DNA of 63,924 bases, the filler included, from Folioceros fuciformis (Eukaryota): assembly GCA_049999805.1 (NCBI GenBank). It is 10 parts of 10 records of this genome, joined end to end, with 100 filler letters (N's around TTAATTAATTAA, not from the genome) between each part and the next. Parts side by side here need not be neighbours in the genome. Positions count along the whole stretch, not along the records: positions 45,547 to 51,310 come from JBNGIO010003027.1; positions 51,411 to 55,175 come from JBNGIO010003028.1; positions 55,276 to 60,644 come from JBNGIO010003029.1; positions 60,745 to 62,085 come from JBNGIO010003030.1; 6 more parts are not named here. One strand, 5' to 3'. The notes beneath the pieces were generated by a model that saw nothing but the letters and a program-made list of their open reading frames with translations, was not told the DNA's origin and made no database searches. The translations under genes and the position numbers were made by a program. Positions 48,501 to 62,085 of the stretch are shown here, piece after piece (position 1 is the first letter of the stretch; each line of letters opens with the position of its first letter).

Positions 48501-51310
48501 CCGCGCCTGCTTACAGAGCCACCTCTGTTCTAGGTCTGGTCCATGCGGACATCTCCGGACGGATACAAGTGCCCTCAATCGGTGGTTCCAATTACTATCT
48601 CACCTTGACGGACGACTACAGCCGATATACCTGGACGTTTCCCATGCAGAGAAAGAGTGACGTTCTTGAAATCTTCAAGGAATGGCTCCCTGCAGTGCAA
48701 CGTCAGACAGGTTTGTTATTGAAGTACCTGCGTACTGATAACGGGGGTGAATTCGTCAATGATGCTTTTGATGCATACCTTGCTGCGGAGGGGATCCAGC
48801 GACAGTTGACTGTTCCTTATACACCCCAGCAGAACGGGGTCTCGGAGAGGAAAAACCAGTCTTTGCTCTCTATGACGCGGAGCATGTTACTCTGGTCGGG
48901 TCTACCTCAAGTGTACTGGGCAGAGGCCATCTCTGCTGCGACGTATGTTCTGAACAGAATTCTTACGAGCTCTGTCCCGAACCAGACTCCTCATGAGGCC
49001 CTCCATAAGAAGAAACCCAGCCTGCTGCACTTACGAGTTTTTGGCTCTCGTGCGTATGCTTTCATTCCTGCAAAGAAACGCCAGAAGTTAGACCCACGAG
49101 CTCAAGCCCTAGTTTTTGTGGGGTATAGTGAGCAGGCCAAGGCATATCGGCTGTATGACCCAGCTACAAGGAAGATGTTCCTTGCACGCAGTGTCACCTT
49201 CATCGAACCTCACTCTCCATTGCTTGCTCAAGCTCCACAGACAGAGGGAGTTACGGCTGTCCCTGAGGAGACAGAGGGAGCTACTACGTACCCTGTGCCT
49301 GAAGACCAGGTTACCCATCACATGTATCCTCAAGACACCGAACCGGCTGTGAGACTTTTGGATGCCGCTGTGGAGACTGACGCACTGCCTGCTGACCCTC
49401 CTGCAACGGAACCACTCGCTGCATTAGAAATTCAGGCGGCCCCGGATCCTGCAGCCCTAAATGCCCCTTCTTCCCCTGCTCAGGCTGACGAGGACTTCCC
49501 AGTAGTAGCCGATGAGCACGACTCAGACTTCATCGCGGATGAAGACATACCTGAGGACGTCCAACTACCAATAGTCCCTCCCGTTGAGATTACCCGTGAT
49601 CCTGAAGAAGTTGCTCCTCGCCGCTCAGGACGCCACCGACCACCACCTGATCAATGGGCCGAACCACGCTATTAGTCTATTGACTTTCGTCACCGGGCAG
49701 CCCCAGCTACTACTCACACTGCTCCATCAGCCATACCAGATGAGCCACGCACCTTGGTTGAGGCTTACAACGGACCTGATAGCAAGCAATGGTATGCGGC
49801 TGTTGAGGACGAGTACCAGTCATTGATTAAAAATAAAACCTGGACTCTTGTGGACTTGCCACCTGGCCGCAAACCCATTTCATGCAAATGGGTCCTCAAA
49901 CATAAATTGAATGCTGAGGGCAAGATTGCCAGGTATAAGGCCCGTCTTGTGGCCCGTGGTTTTACCCAGGTGGAGGGTCTGGACTATCAGGAGACATTTT
50001 CTCCTGTTGTTCGATCTCAATCTATTCGCATGCTACTGGCTCTGGCTGCAGAATTTGACTTGGACTTATGGCAGATGGATGTCTGCACAGCATATCTCTA
50101 TGGCTCTTTAGATGAAGAACTGTACATGCAACAACCGGAAGGGTATGTTAGCAAACAGCATCCTAAGAAGGTCCTTAAACTGCTGAAATGCATTTACGGA
50201 CTTAAACAGTCTGGACGGGTTTGGTATTTCACCATTCATGTTTACCTGCTAGGCCTGTCGTTTGTCCAAAGTGCTGCAGATACAAATGTTTACAGATTGA
50301 CCAGGGGCACTGCCTTCGTCATCGTTGCCTTATATGTCGATGATGTTATCCTGGTCACGAACAGCAAAGCATTGTTAGCAGAAGTCAAGCAGATGCTCAG
50401 CGACAGATTTGAAATGAAGGACATAGGCGATCTAAAATTCTGTTTAGGGATACAGATCCTCCGCGTTCGTGAAGAAGGGCTACTCATTATCCATCAGCAC
50501 AAATATATCCGTGAGATCCTGCATAAGTTTAAGATGGATCAAGCTCGCCCAGCTGTTACACCTTCAGCTGTGGGCATCAAATTGACGCTTTCTCAATGTC
50601 CTACCACCACTGAAGCAAAACAGGATATGGCAGATGTCCCTTACAGGCATGCTGTTGGCAGTCTCTTGTTTGTGGCAAATTGGACTCGCCCCGACATACA
50701 GTATGCAGTGAGCACCGCTTCCCAATTTATGGAAAACCCTGGACGCCCTCATTGGGTCGCCGTAAAGCGAATTTTCCGTTACCTGCAGGGCACTCACACC
50801 TATGGGTTATTCTACAAACGGAGTGGTACAGGCACATTCCATCTCTCTGGTTTCACGGATGCAGACTGGGGTTCGGACAGTGATGGACGTCGCAGTTTGT
50901 CAACCTACTGTTTCTTGCTGGCCAATGCATCTGTGAGTTGGAGCTGCAAGAAGCAAACGACAATAGCCCTGTCCTCGACAAAGGCTGAATACAAATCTCT
51001 TACAGAAGCCTCCAAGGAGGCAGAGTGGGCTCGACAGTTTCTGGCTGATCTTGGTCATCCTCAACTTTCTCCCACTCCTATCCTCTGCGACAATACTGGT
51101 GCTCTTGACCTTGTTGCCAATCCCCGGTATCATGCTCGCACGAAGCATATCGAAATACAACACCATTATATCCGAGATGTATCTGCACATGGCGTGGTGA
51201 GGGTTGGTTATGTCGATACCGAGCTGAACACTGCCGACATCTTCACCAAGCCGCTCCCTAAGCTCAAGCACTATACACACATGACGGGACTCGGCCTGCA
51301 GGATTACTCT
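45547..51310 (+). mobile_element. Copia element: partial 5' LTR, PBS, extra ORF, gag-pol with two in-frame stops
   Basis: PBS tggtatcagag at 45777-45787; gag KDRFNGTKY; CNWCGIAGH* (TAG 47762); YLDSGATAH; RTDNGGEF; TAG 49673; LYVDD; FTDADWG. Confidence 0.96.
45825..46391 (+). CDS. Extra ORF between PBS and gag (188 aa, Arg-rich start, C-terminal coiled coil)
   Basis: MPRRGGSV...; ILVNEMKHLAEQLTTKIKEFTDYLLRLE. Confidence 0.55.
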   Translation: MPRRGGSVNQGRGSHFYKCDNQRQFPKTVPAEINALAYYLAGGTGHDPYWSQDRERAELLRRFYRQDQISGNQRKGRRHRQSYTPFAPDSFCAAPREVLPGNPSNYVGGDPVQGLHCSAVPRQLNFPIHETCTSTDHSHTRILVNEMKHLAEQLTTKIKEFTDYLLRLEIADGIPQASVLPDHPHSAA

Positions 51311-51489
51311 NNNNNNNNNNNNNNNNNNNNNNNNNNNNNNNNNNNNNNNNNNNNTTAATTAATTAANNNNNNNNNNNNNNNNNNNNNNNNNNNNNNNNNN
51401 NNNNNNNNNNGTCTCAACGACAGTGGGATAAGTGTGGCCACTAAAGGTGGAACCCGTTGGCAATCAGTGCCTGGGGTTTTGCCTCCACA

Positions 51490-52870
51490 CCTCTTGATAG
51501 GATTGTGGATTGTGATTGCTGAGCAGCTAAGGAAAGGTATGTAGCAACTAAGTTTGATGATGAAGCAGTGTCAAGGGAAGGCTCAGTGGCATGTCAGGCT
51601 ACAACTCATGTAGAAGAGTTGGATACCTCATAGCCATCTAACCATGTAGGAGGGCGTCTAAGCCTAGTGGAATGACGGCGTTCGGGGATGACAGAAAATG
51701 TGGGTATGATTTCATTGGTAGGCATTGGAATAGTGGGGATATGTTCCTCTTGAGCTTGCAAATGGTCAGCTCGAGAAGGAGAGGATTCAGATGGCAATAC
51801 GACTATTGGAGAGGGTAAGGCAGGTGAAGAAGTAGGGGCCCCCTCAAGGTAAAAGGGACATGAAAGATGTCAAAGAGGTCAAAGGCTTGATGGTCAAGAG
51901 ATGGAATAGAAAGGAAAAGGCCTTGTTCATGAAAATGGACTCTACGAGAGAAGAAGATTTGGTGAGTAGAAGGATCAACTAACTTGTAGTCCTTAACCTC
52001 ATCCGAGTAGCCAATAAATATGAGCTTCCTTGCCTTGTCATCCCATTTGCCGTGCAAAGAGTCCAAAATATGGGCATAAGCTGAGCTCCCAAATATTCAA
52101 AGATGTGATATACGAGGAAGAGAGCTATTCCAGCGAGCATAAGGAGTGGTTTGATGAAGGTCTTTAGCAGGTAATCGATTTCTAATATAACAGGCAGTGG
52201 AAATAGCTTTTGCCCAATATCCTCGAGAAAGACTAGAAAGCTTAAGTAGGCAGCGTCCAATCTCCAAAATGCTGCGGTTGTAAAGCTCAGCAAAAGAATT
52301 CTGTACTGGTGTATGTGGTACAATGAGTTGTCGGAGAATGCCTTTAGAGGTACAAGCCTCATGAAAGGATAAGCTCGTGTACTCTCTGGCGTTGTCTGAA
52401 CACAATTTGCGCAAAGGAAATCCTAGCTGCCACTCAGCCATAGTAACAAAGTCGATGAAGTGCTCCAACGTATTGCTCTTATGCCTAAGAAAGTAGATGT
52501 GACAATATCTGGTCCACTCATCCAGAAAGGTTAGGAAGTAAAGGTGTCCTCCAAAAGATCAAGTGGACATAGGACCACAAATGTCCAATGGACAGACTCA
52601 AGAGGGTCAAGAGCTCGACTTGGATGTGGATTGTTGAAGGGCGTTTGGTTCACCTTCCCATATGGGCAAGTCTCACAGAATATGTCCTTAGAAATATGAC
52701 ACGTGAGAGGATCCCTATACATGTGTAGATTGGATAGTTGGCTAAGGTATTTATGGCTGGCGTGCCCTGCACGACAATGCCATAATCAGGTCTCAGAAGT
52801 GGGTGGTTTGTGGCATGAAGCTCGTCTACGAAGGTGTTAAGATGATACAAACCTTGTAGTAGGGTACCCT
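51490..52870 (-). mobile_element. Highly degenerate copia integrase fragment
   Basis: FCETCPYGK, LCSDNAREY, VPHTPVQNSFAE, LIFIGYSDEVKDYKL, RRHSTRLRRPP spread over shifting frames. Confidence 0.88.
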
Positions 52871-53338
52871 TCTATAGAGTGAAATCTTGTGTCCAAAGAC
52901 ATCATGAGGTCCACATTCACCCTCTATGTCATTGTAGTTGTATGATTTCACTCCCAAGGGAATGATTTCTGCTAAGGTATGCTATCTTCTATCACTATTG
53001 ACCCTTACCAAAGTTAGGACTCAGCTACTACCGCCCCTACTACCTACCAGATCAATTACTAATACCCCTAGTTAGCCCAGCGACTGCAGACCCTACTCTA
53101 CGACTCCGGTTGCTACTCCACGACTGCGGTCGCCGTTTCCGAGACTGGTAGTTGTTTCCACGACTGTGGTGGGACCCACCCAAAGCCCTAACTAATGTTT
53201 TTCCAATGCACGCGCTGCCACGGGTTTCTGCCCGAAGGGCTTTCAAACTCTCAGATCTAGCCTTATTGGATGCCCTCCACACATACAAATGCCAATCCTT
53301 GGGAAACAAGACCCCGCAAATCAGCCACTCTCCTTCAC

Positions 53339-54240
53339 TCACACAGGGTGCATGATAGCCAGTGCTTGTTCCCTATCTTCTGTGTGTCTTACGAAGCTAA
53401 CAAGTCTCTCTAGTTGACTTTCCTCAGCAGTAATGCGGTTAGGCTCTTGAATGCAAAAAGTAGGAACTTTAAACTCAACAGGCATTACTGGAAAATGACC
53501 GTAGGTGAGGTAGTACGATGTCTGTTGAGTCGTGATTCTTTTCGCAGTTTTGTATGCCCAAAGTGCTAAATGGAGCTTTAGATCCCAGTTGTATGCATAC
53601 TCAACTATTAGTTTGTTGAGGATCTTGTAGAAGAGCCCGTTTGCCTTCTCTGTCAAATCGTTAGCCTTCGGATTATAGGGAGTTGTCTTCCTGTGGCGAA
53701 CGTTGAAGTAGACCGTCATGTGAGAAATGATGTCATTCATGAAGCGCGAACCTCGGTTGCTGATTAGCTCCAGTAGGCATCCATAGCCAGCAATCACCAG
53801 CTTGTACAAGAATCTGGCCACCACATGAGTTGTGTCAACCTGCAGGGCTTGTGCCTCCATTGTACGCGTGCGGCAATCGGTGGCCACAAGGATGTACTAA
53901 TTCTAGAGGTGCTTGTCTTGGGTTGGATAGGTCCAACAAAGTCAATGCCCCACTCCTCAAATGGGGCCAAGGCCAAGATAGGAACTAAGGGCCATTGAGT
54001 TGTGGCTGATGGCTTGCCAACCCGCTGGCAAGCATTGCAGTGTTTCACAAATTCTCTTGCATCCTAATGCATGCTCGGCCACTAGTACCCTGTTTCGAGA
54101 AGTTTTCTACACGTGATGTGTGCAGCGAAATGTCCTCTAGCCTCTCCTTCGTGTCATTTAGTTAGCACCCGCAGAATCTTCGCCTCCGTTACCCACACCC
54201 TTTCTCTTCCGTTCGGCCTTGCTTGATACATGCTGTCTCT
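53339..54240 (-). mobile_element. Ty3/gypsy integrase fragment
   Basis: CNACQRVG, PFEEWGIDFVGPI, LISNRGSRF, TTPYNPKAN, ALWAYKTA. Confidence 0.9.
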
Positions 54241-55275
54241 GTGACGAACGCCGCACTGCTGTGGAGGCAAAACCTCGGGCATTGATTGCCGACGGGTTCC
54301 ACCTTTAGTGGCCACACTTATCCCACTGTCGTTGAGACATTGGGTTTCGTTCCCACGAAAGATCGATGGGGTTCCTTGCTGCTGTGGATGGAGGGTCGGA
54401 CTTGATCGACTCGATGATGGATTCGAGGGCTCCCCTCCAGCTCCGATCAGGCGTAGGACAGGCCTCGCTGTCCGACGGTCAGTTGCACCTCTCTCGGTGC
54501 CTACAAACTCACTCTTGTCACTACAACGACCCTAACCTCTCAGATCTGCGTCTTCCCTCACTCACTTCACTCACTCTCTTACTCCAGCAACAACACCAGC
54601 AACCAGCAACGACACCATTACCTTCTACACTTCCCTACTGACTCCTCCTACCCGACAAGAGTCACTAGACAAACCCCAAAGGAAAGAAAGAAGGGAACAC
54701 ACACCCCTCTTGGATATCTCCTCCCCACAACCTTACCAGACGCCATGAGACATGGCCGGCCTATAGCACTTGTCCAAGCAAGGAACAAGAGTGGACAGGT
54801 CGAGAGAAAAACACATCCTTTACAATCAAGAGCTAGGGGGAAGCCACTTCACCCTGGTCATTACACCTTGTGATCCTACCAGACACTGTACAGCCGGCAA
54901 CACACGGCTTGCGATCCTACCAGACGTTACACAGCCGGCAACATACTGTAGGTCCTAAACCAAGTTGGGACAGACCACAAGAGCTCATGAAGAGAGGACC
55001 TCCAAGAGCTCACAAAGATATAGACTGACTCCCACGATACGGTATACGTGTCAGTACGTATTAAATATGTATCTAAACCATATAAAATACAAGGGTGGTA
55101 TACGTATACAAACCGTATACGGTCTCTAAAAAAAACCTTACATGGAGGCAAGGGGAGGGAGCGGGATCGGGATGGNNNNNNNNNNNNNNNNNNNNNNNNN
55201 NNNNNNNNNNNNNNNNNNNTTAATTAATTAANNNNNNNNNNNNNNNNNNNNNNNNNNNNNNNNNNNNNNNNNNNN

Positions 55276-58200
55276 CGAATTGGGAGTGTCAGCTGCAGAT
55301 TTCCTTCGCCGTGAGGGAACTGCAGCTCGGGTATGTATCAGAATTAGGTTGAGGAGCAGTCTTGAATACCGAGCGCCTCCAAATGTATCATATGTTTGGA
55401 AGCAGGTAGGTATTTCGTAAGCAGATCAGCTGGATTCAGATCAGTTGAAACATGCTGAATTGTCACTTCTTTCTGTTGAACAAAATGCCTAATAAAATGA
55501 TGTTGCACCTCAATGTGTTTTGTGCGGGCATGAAAGCGTGGATTAGCTGTCATAGCAATTGTAGATAAATTGTCACAGAAAATGGGCGTAGGCTGTAGCT
55601 GAGGAAAGCCAAGTCCAGCAAGAAAACAGCGCTCCCAAATAGCCTCTTTAGAGGCTTCAGTTAAAGCCTTATACTCTGCCTCAGTCGAGGAGAGAGCTAC
55701 AGAAACCTGTTTCTTGGAACTCCAATGGATGGCAGCACCAGAGAGGGTAAAACAATATGCGGATATGCTTCGACGCACATCCGGATCTGTGGCCCAGTCA
55801 GCATCAGCCCAACCAGAGACGGCAAGTGTGTCCTTTCTTCGCCCCCGGAAGCATAGCCCATAATGTAAAGTGCCCCGTAAATACCGAAGAATGCGTTTAA
55901 CGGCACCCCAGTGCTCCTTACCAGGATTGTCCAAGAATTGAGAAACGGCACTAACAGAATACTGGATATCAGGACGGGTCCAGCAGGAGATATAATTAAG
56001 GCACCCGACCGCATGTCTATAAGGAACAGTAGACATGGCTGCCTTCTCAGAATCTGTCTGAGGACATTGGGCAATGGACAATTTAACACCAGCAACACCA
56101 GGAGTGGCTACAGGCTTGGCAAACTCAAGTTGAAAACGACGAAGAGTTTCTAAAATATATTTAGACTGATGTAACATGATGGTGTTAGAAGAAAAATCTC
56201 GAACCAACTGTACACCAAGTACAAAGGTGAGGGTGCCAATATCCTTCATGTCAAACTTGGAATGAAGCATCTGTTTAACCCAAGCCAGTAATGCAGGATC
56301 ATTGGAAGCCAGTATAGCATCGTCAACATATAAGGCAAGCACCACCATACCACTAGCCTTGGAATAGAAATAAACATTAGCATCACCTGGATTTTGCAGA
56401 AACCCAAGAGACTTGAGGTATGCGTCAATGGTTTTGTACCATTCCCTAGCAGACTGTTTAAGACCATATATGGTCTTCTTGAGACGACAAACCCAGTCAG
56501 GATGTTCAGGGTCTACAAAGCCTTCAGGCTGTTGCATGTATATGTCCTCCTCAAGCTCCCCATAAAGAAAAGCAGTACATACATCCATCTGTTGCAAATC
56601 CCAGGCATGAGCTGCTGCAAGAGCAATAATCATCCGTATGGATTGAGTTTTGACCACTGGGCTAAAAGTTTCTGTGAAGTCAACTCCAGGAATTTGGGTA
56701 AAACCCCGTGCTACCAAACGGGATTTATACTTAGCAATCTCTCCATTTGCATTCAACTTATGTTTGAAAACCCACTTGGAGCCAACGACTTTACGTCCAG
56801 AAGACAAAGGACATAATTCCCAAGTGTCATTTTTAATAAGCGAGTCATACTCATCTTTGATGGAAGGGATCCAGAAATCCTTATCTGGACCAGTAATTGC
56901 CTCATGATATGAACGAGGCTCCGACTTGTTGATAGAAGAAGGTATCTCTGTAGAAGAAACATGAACTTGAGGAAGAGAAACACCAGCTTGATGTCTGCGA
57001 AAATCAATTGACTTGTATGGGGGTTCCGCCCATTGAGCTGGAGGTAATCGTGTCCTTTGTGGATACCGAGGCTCCGGCTCTATCACATCTGGAAGAATAA
57101 CAGGGAGGACCGGTTGAGGAGGTTCCCCATCCCCTGGAAGTTGCAGACCATCATTAGGAGGAATTGTATCCTGAAGGACATGTAAATCATCAGCACCAAA
57201 TCCAGCCACAGCTTCATCATTGTTAACTTCAACATCAGCTATGGGGTGAGGATCTGCTAACATAGGAGGATCTACTGCTGCTGCAAAATCCTCGTCTAAA
57301 CCAGGAGCTGAAACCTGTGGATCATGAACAAGAGGGACAGGAACTTGAGCATAATCTTCAGGAGCTTCATCTTGTGGAAAAGAAGTATAACCATCCTGGT
57401 CTGATATTTCAACATGTGTGACAGTCTCCTGATTATGTAGTAAGGAATCAAGATAAGGCTTGGCAGGAGAAGTAAGCTCCTTAAATGTCACACTTCGAGC
57501 AAAAATAGCTGAATTAGTAAGCGTGTCGTACAGCTTGTATGCCTTTGATTCTTCTCCATAACCCACAAATAGCAGAGATTTGGCCCTGTCCTCCAACTTC
57601 TTACGTTTTTCCTCTGGCACATAAGCGTAGGCTGGAGAACCAAAGACCCGAAGATGTAAAATACTGGGCTTCCTTTGCCAAATCACCTCAAAAGGAGTCT
57701 TGCCTTCCACCGCACTTGTCAGGAGACGATTCAAGATATAGGTAGCAGTGACCACCGCCTCTGCCCAGAAGGCCTTGCTTAGACCAGACCATTCTAGCAT
57801 GCTTCTGGTCATGCCTAGCAGGGTCTGATTTCTCCTCTCAGCAACGCCATTCTGCTGCTGAGTATAAGGAACTATAAGCTGCCTTACAATTCCATTGTCC
57901 AGCAAGAACTGAGTAAAATGGGCATGGACAAATTCTGTCCCATTGTCTGTACGAAGACATTTCAACAAGAGTCCTGTCTGACGTTGAATCATGACGAGCC
58001 ACTCCTTAAAGACATTAAAAGTATCAGACTTTAACCTAAGAGGAAAAGTCCAGGAATACCTACTGTAGTCATCCGTAAGTGTTAAATAGTATTGTGCACC
58101 CCCTAAACTTGGAACATGGATTTTTCCAGAAGTATCCGCATGCACAAGATCTAAGACCTTAGATGCACGATGGGCAACAGTTCTAGGAAAAGGAACTTCT

Positions 58201-60644
58201 TTCTGCTTAGCAATTACACATGCATCACACAAGGGTAAGTTCTTAAAACACTTAGGCAGCGGCTCTCTATGGCAAGACAGATTTGCCATTTTGATAAGTT
58301 TATCCCGGTTTGCATGGCCAAGTCTAGCATGCCAAAGACGGGTGGGAAGCAGACAGGCCTGCAGCTTGGGATGTCTGAGCAACATGAACAACGTCACCAG
58401 ACAGGCAAGTTAAGTCAAGCTGATACAAGTCATGGACTAAAGTACCATTTGCTACGACCTGCTTATCCCCCCCTCTGCTTATAAGCTGACAAGCAGACAA
58501 GGAGAACATCAGGTCGTAAAGACGAAGGGACATCAACTGACTGACGGAAATCAAATTCTTAGCCATGTGCGGGACGTGCAGAACATTTTCTAAATGCAAA
58601 AGTGAGCAATCATTCAAACGAAACACACACGTACCATGACCTTTGATGCTCAAGCCTGTACGTGTAACTTCATCACCTAACAGAACTTTGTCAGAGGTGA
58701 GAGATGCCTTGTAATAATGGAATATGGACCGATTATTACAGATGTGAGACGTGGCCCCAGAGTCTAGGTACCAAGTGTGTGGGGAGTGAAATGCAGATGA
58801 GACAAAACAAACTGTCATTACAACAGGTTGCTTGTGAGGTGTCGACGAAGATGGTCGGTCCTTGGTGGCAGCAACATGTGCTTCAGCCTGTCGAGAAGGC
58901 TTCTCAGCTTTGCGTGCCTCACCAGCTTTCTTTTTCCTGCATTCTCTTTCCCAATGGCCCTGGATACCACACCAGTTGCATGATCCAGCCCGTTTTGTCG
59001 AGCCAGGTTTAAAACCTGCTCCAGAGGGAGGCCGTTGTTTGCTAAACCTGCCCTTGGTGAACAAAACCTTGTCAGTCTTCGTTTTGCCACCGTGGTAAGT
59101 GGACGTGAGTCTGCTTTGTTCCTCCTGCAACAGAGCTCCAATCACGTCGGAAAGATTTATGTTTGTGGGTTGTCCTGCAGCTCGTGCAGCATCAGCAGCC
59201 CGGACTGTAGTTCCATAGCTAGAAACAAAAGTTTGGTAGCTAGGAGGCAAGCTCGTCAGCAGCTGACTAACAGCGTCGAGCTCAGGGAACTGTGAACCAA
59301 GGTGGATTAGTTGGGCTCGCAATTGTTTGAAGCGGATGACAAAAGGAGACACCTTGTCACCTTCCTTGAGACGTAAGGAAAACAGTTCACCACGAACAGC
59401 ACACATGGTAAGAATATTCTTAGCCTCATATGTCTGTGTGAGAAGAGTCCAGATCTCTTCAGCCTTGGTAAGAAAAGCGACATCGGCGAGAAGAGATTCG
59501 TCCAGCCCGCTAATCAAGACGGCGCGTGCAACGTAATTTTAGGTTCGCCCACTTGTCCTTTTCTTCTTGTGTGGCAGATTGTGCCGGTTCCTTAAGCGTG
59601 CCAATAACAACTCCCCATACATGCCGAGCTTGCAGGGCAGCTGTCATGCGCACCTTCCAGCCTTCAAATTTCAGGCCATTGAATCTGTCTCGCTCCTTAA
59701 ACTCCACAGAATAAGATGGCTGTGGGATGACAGGAACTGCAGGAAGAGAGGGGACAGTTCCACCTCCGCCTCCTCCCCCTCCACCTCCACTTCCGGTACC
59801 GCTTCCTCCTCCGCTTCCAGTAGCCATGACCTTTATTTCAGAAGGAGATCAGGACGGATGATCAGACCGCCCAAGATCTTCTTCGAAGAATGGATCATGC
59901 TACAAGAAAGGTTGACAGTCGGAAGAGAAGCGCGTAGCGGGAGAGAGGTAAAGTCAGGGTTTCTAGATTTTGCAGCAGAGAGCGCTTGTGACAATTGGTA
60001 GCACGCTGGATGTCACCGGAGTCATGCTGCAGGGGCGTCCGCAACAACCAAAAGAGAACCAGTCTTCAGGCACCCGCAACCAGAGTTCAGGAAGAATCAC
60101 AGCTTCGAGGCAAGGGTGCACCGCTTCAGGTTCAAGATGTGCGATGCTTCAGACTGGGAAGGCCCACGAGACAGATTTCTTCAGGCCCGCTCAACTGCAG
60201 ACACCGCTTGAGATCTCGAGCGCATCGCTGGATTGGAAAGAACACAACTTCCACGATGGATCGCGGATCCCAGCCAGAATCATGCCTTGCCGAACGTCGC
60301 TTCAGGCCTGGCGATGCCGCGTGCCTGAGCTGAACGCTACGGTGCCGTTGGTGGCTCCCGAGATCTGGATTTCTCGCGATTGAAAACAAGCACCTGCAAC
60401 AAATCTGCGACTGTGGAAGACGCTCCGGAATGAGAGGTAAGATTCCGCACCAGTTCTGTCAAATCGCGCACTTCCTCAAGCAAGGTTGTTTGTATTCGCA
60501 AGAAAAGATCGATGGCCGCCAGAACTTCTTTGTGTCGAGCAAATTGCACCTCACCCTGGTGGGATAAGGCCGCCAACAATGCTGACTTTGTAGCTATCAA
60601 TCTGTCGTCGAGCACTCTGTATGCTCCTACAATTTCAAGTAAGT
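55276..60644 (-). mobile_element. Copia element: extra ORF, gag (59827) to RNase H (55344), two frameshifts
   Basis: Gly-rich gag start then KERDRFNG; CNWCGIQGHWEREC; YLDSGATSH; 1017-aa INT-RT-RH frame; frameshifts near 59525 and 58345. Related to the 45547-51310 element (shared PPxQWAEPxY.SIDFR). Confidence 0.96.
60337..60644 (-). CDS. 3' part of an extra coiled-coil ORF upstream of gag (5' end cut by linker)
   Basis: HKEVLAAIDLFLRIQTTLLEEVRDLTELVRNL. Confidence 0.45.
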
Positions 60645-60744
60645 NNNNNNNNNNNNNNNNNNNNNNNNNNNNNNNNNNNNNNNNNNNNTTAATTAATTAA
60701 NNNNNNNNNNNNNNNNNNNNNNNNNNNNNNNNNNNNNNNNNNNN

Positions 60745-62085
60745 CTCAAGAATATCTGCTGCGCGGTAAGGGGCTTTATTCTTGAATGCTGCTTGGTGTT
60801 TCTTAGATAATACACAAGCTTCACATAGGAGAATAGCAGCTAATGGGCCAATAGGGCCATCTTGATAGAAAGTACTCACAGCCAACTTCTGCAATTTTGC
60901 CATGTGAGGATAACCAAGCCGAGCATGCCACAATTCTGATTTTTCAACTTGTTGTGCAGAGGCCAAGGAGACAGCTAGTGATGGATGGTCTGACTCTGCT
61001 AGTCCACTATGAAGATGAAGACGGAATGGGTCATGATCTAAAGATCCATAGGCAAGTACCTTCCTAGGGTTAAAGTCATCTACAATATGACAATCTGTTT
61101 TAGTGAAAACAACGTGATTGTTGTTATCAGCATGTAAACGCTTGACTGAGATCAAGTTTCTAGTCATGTTAGGCACATAGTAGACATTCTTGAGAAGCAA
61201 TTTGATGCCAGAAGGCACTGTCAACTCAACTGTGCCTCGACCAAGTGCAACAAGAGATCAGTCATCTCCAAGGTAGACACACTGATCTGGAACAGACTTG
61301 TATGTGCTAAAAGCATTTTTGTTAAAACAAATATGCGCAGTGGCACCTGTGTCTAAGTACCACTCTAATGTGTGTTTAACATCAGCTTTTGTAGAAAGAC
61401 AAATGGGAAGCAACAGTGGACTTGAAAACATTCTAGTCCCGACTGTCAGGGCTGATGGTGTATTCTGTTTCTTCACCACCACATGTGTCGCAGCACTGGA
61501 TCCTTCCTTGCAAGGGACCCCAACCTGCTTTTTGCGACACTCACGTTCCCAGTGACCAGGTAACTTACACCAGTTGCAGGTACCTGTCCTTTTTGTCTTC
61601 CTTTTTCCGAACTGCCTGCTTTTGAAGAGTTTCCACCACTTCCTTTTGGAGGAAATCTTCTACCTCCTTTCCCTTGGTTAGAGGTATACAAGGCCTGCTG
61701 TTTTCCTGCTCGCTTGTGAGTCATCCTGCTAGCTTCCTCTTGAAGCATGGAACTAACAAGCTATGAGAAAGACATGGTTGGCAATTCTACTCCTTGTTGA
61801 TGAGCTAGAAGTGCTGCTTGAGTTTGAGCAGCAGTGCGTGAGGTCACGAAATGAGACCAGGATTTAGGAAGGGAAAGCATGAACCTCATCACCAGTTCAT
61901 CATCAGTCATACTGACTTTTGAAGCACCTTCCAGTCTTGAGGATAGGATTCTGAAGGTATTCACGTGCTTCTCCACTGAATCACCTTCTCTCATTCTCAA
62001 ATTCTGAAAATTTCGTAAAGCAGTCATAGCACTGACCATATTCTGCCCTGCGTAGAGTTCCTTGAGGCGTGTCCAGATCTCAGCT
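60745..62085 (-). mobile_element. Degenerate copia gag-protease-GAG_pre-integrase fragment
   Basis: LRMREGDSVEKHV, SLPKSW, WYLDTGATAH, YVPNMTRNLISV, LWHARLG, CEACVLSK. Confidence 0.93.

Larger units (their letters stand above)
51411..54338. repeat. 78-bp inverted repeat pair (51411-51488 and 54261-54338)
   Basis: gtctcaacgacagtgggataagtgtggccac... is the reverse complement of ...gtggccacacttatcccactgtcgttgagac, with ~4 mismatches; the left arm is cut by the linker. Confidence 0.9.

Noticed and set aside
55030-55175. tatacg/gatacg-rich patch as a DNA-transposon subterminal region
   Set aside because: Suggestive, but cut by the linker, with no TIR partner or TSD visible.
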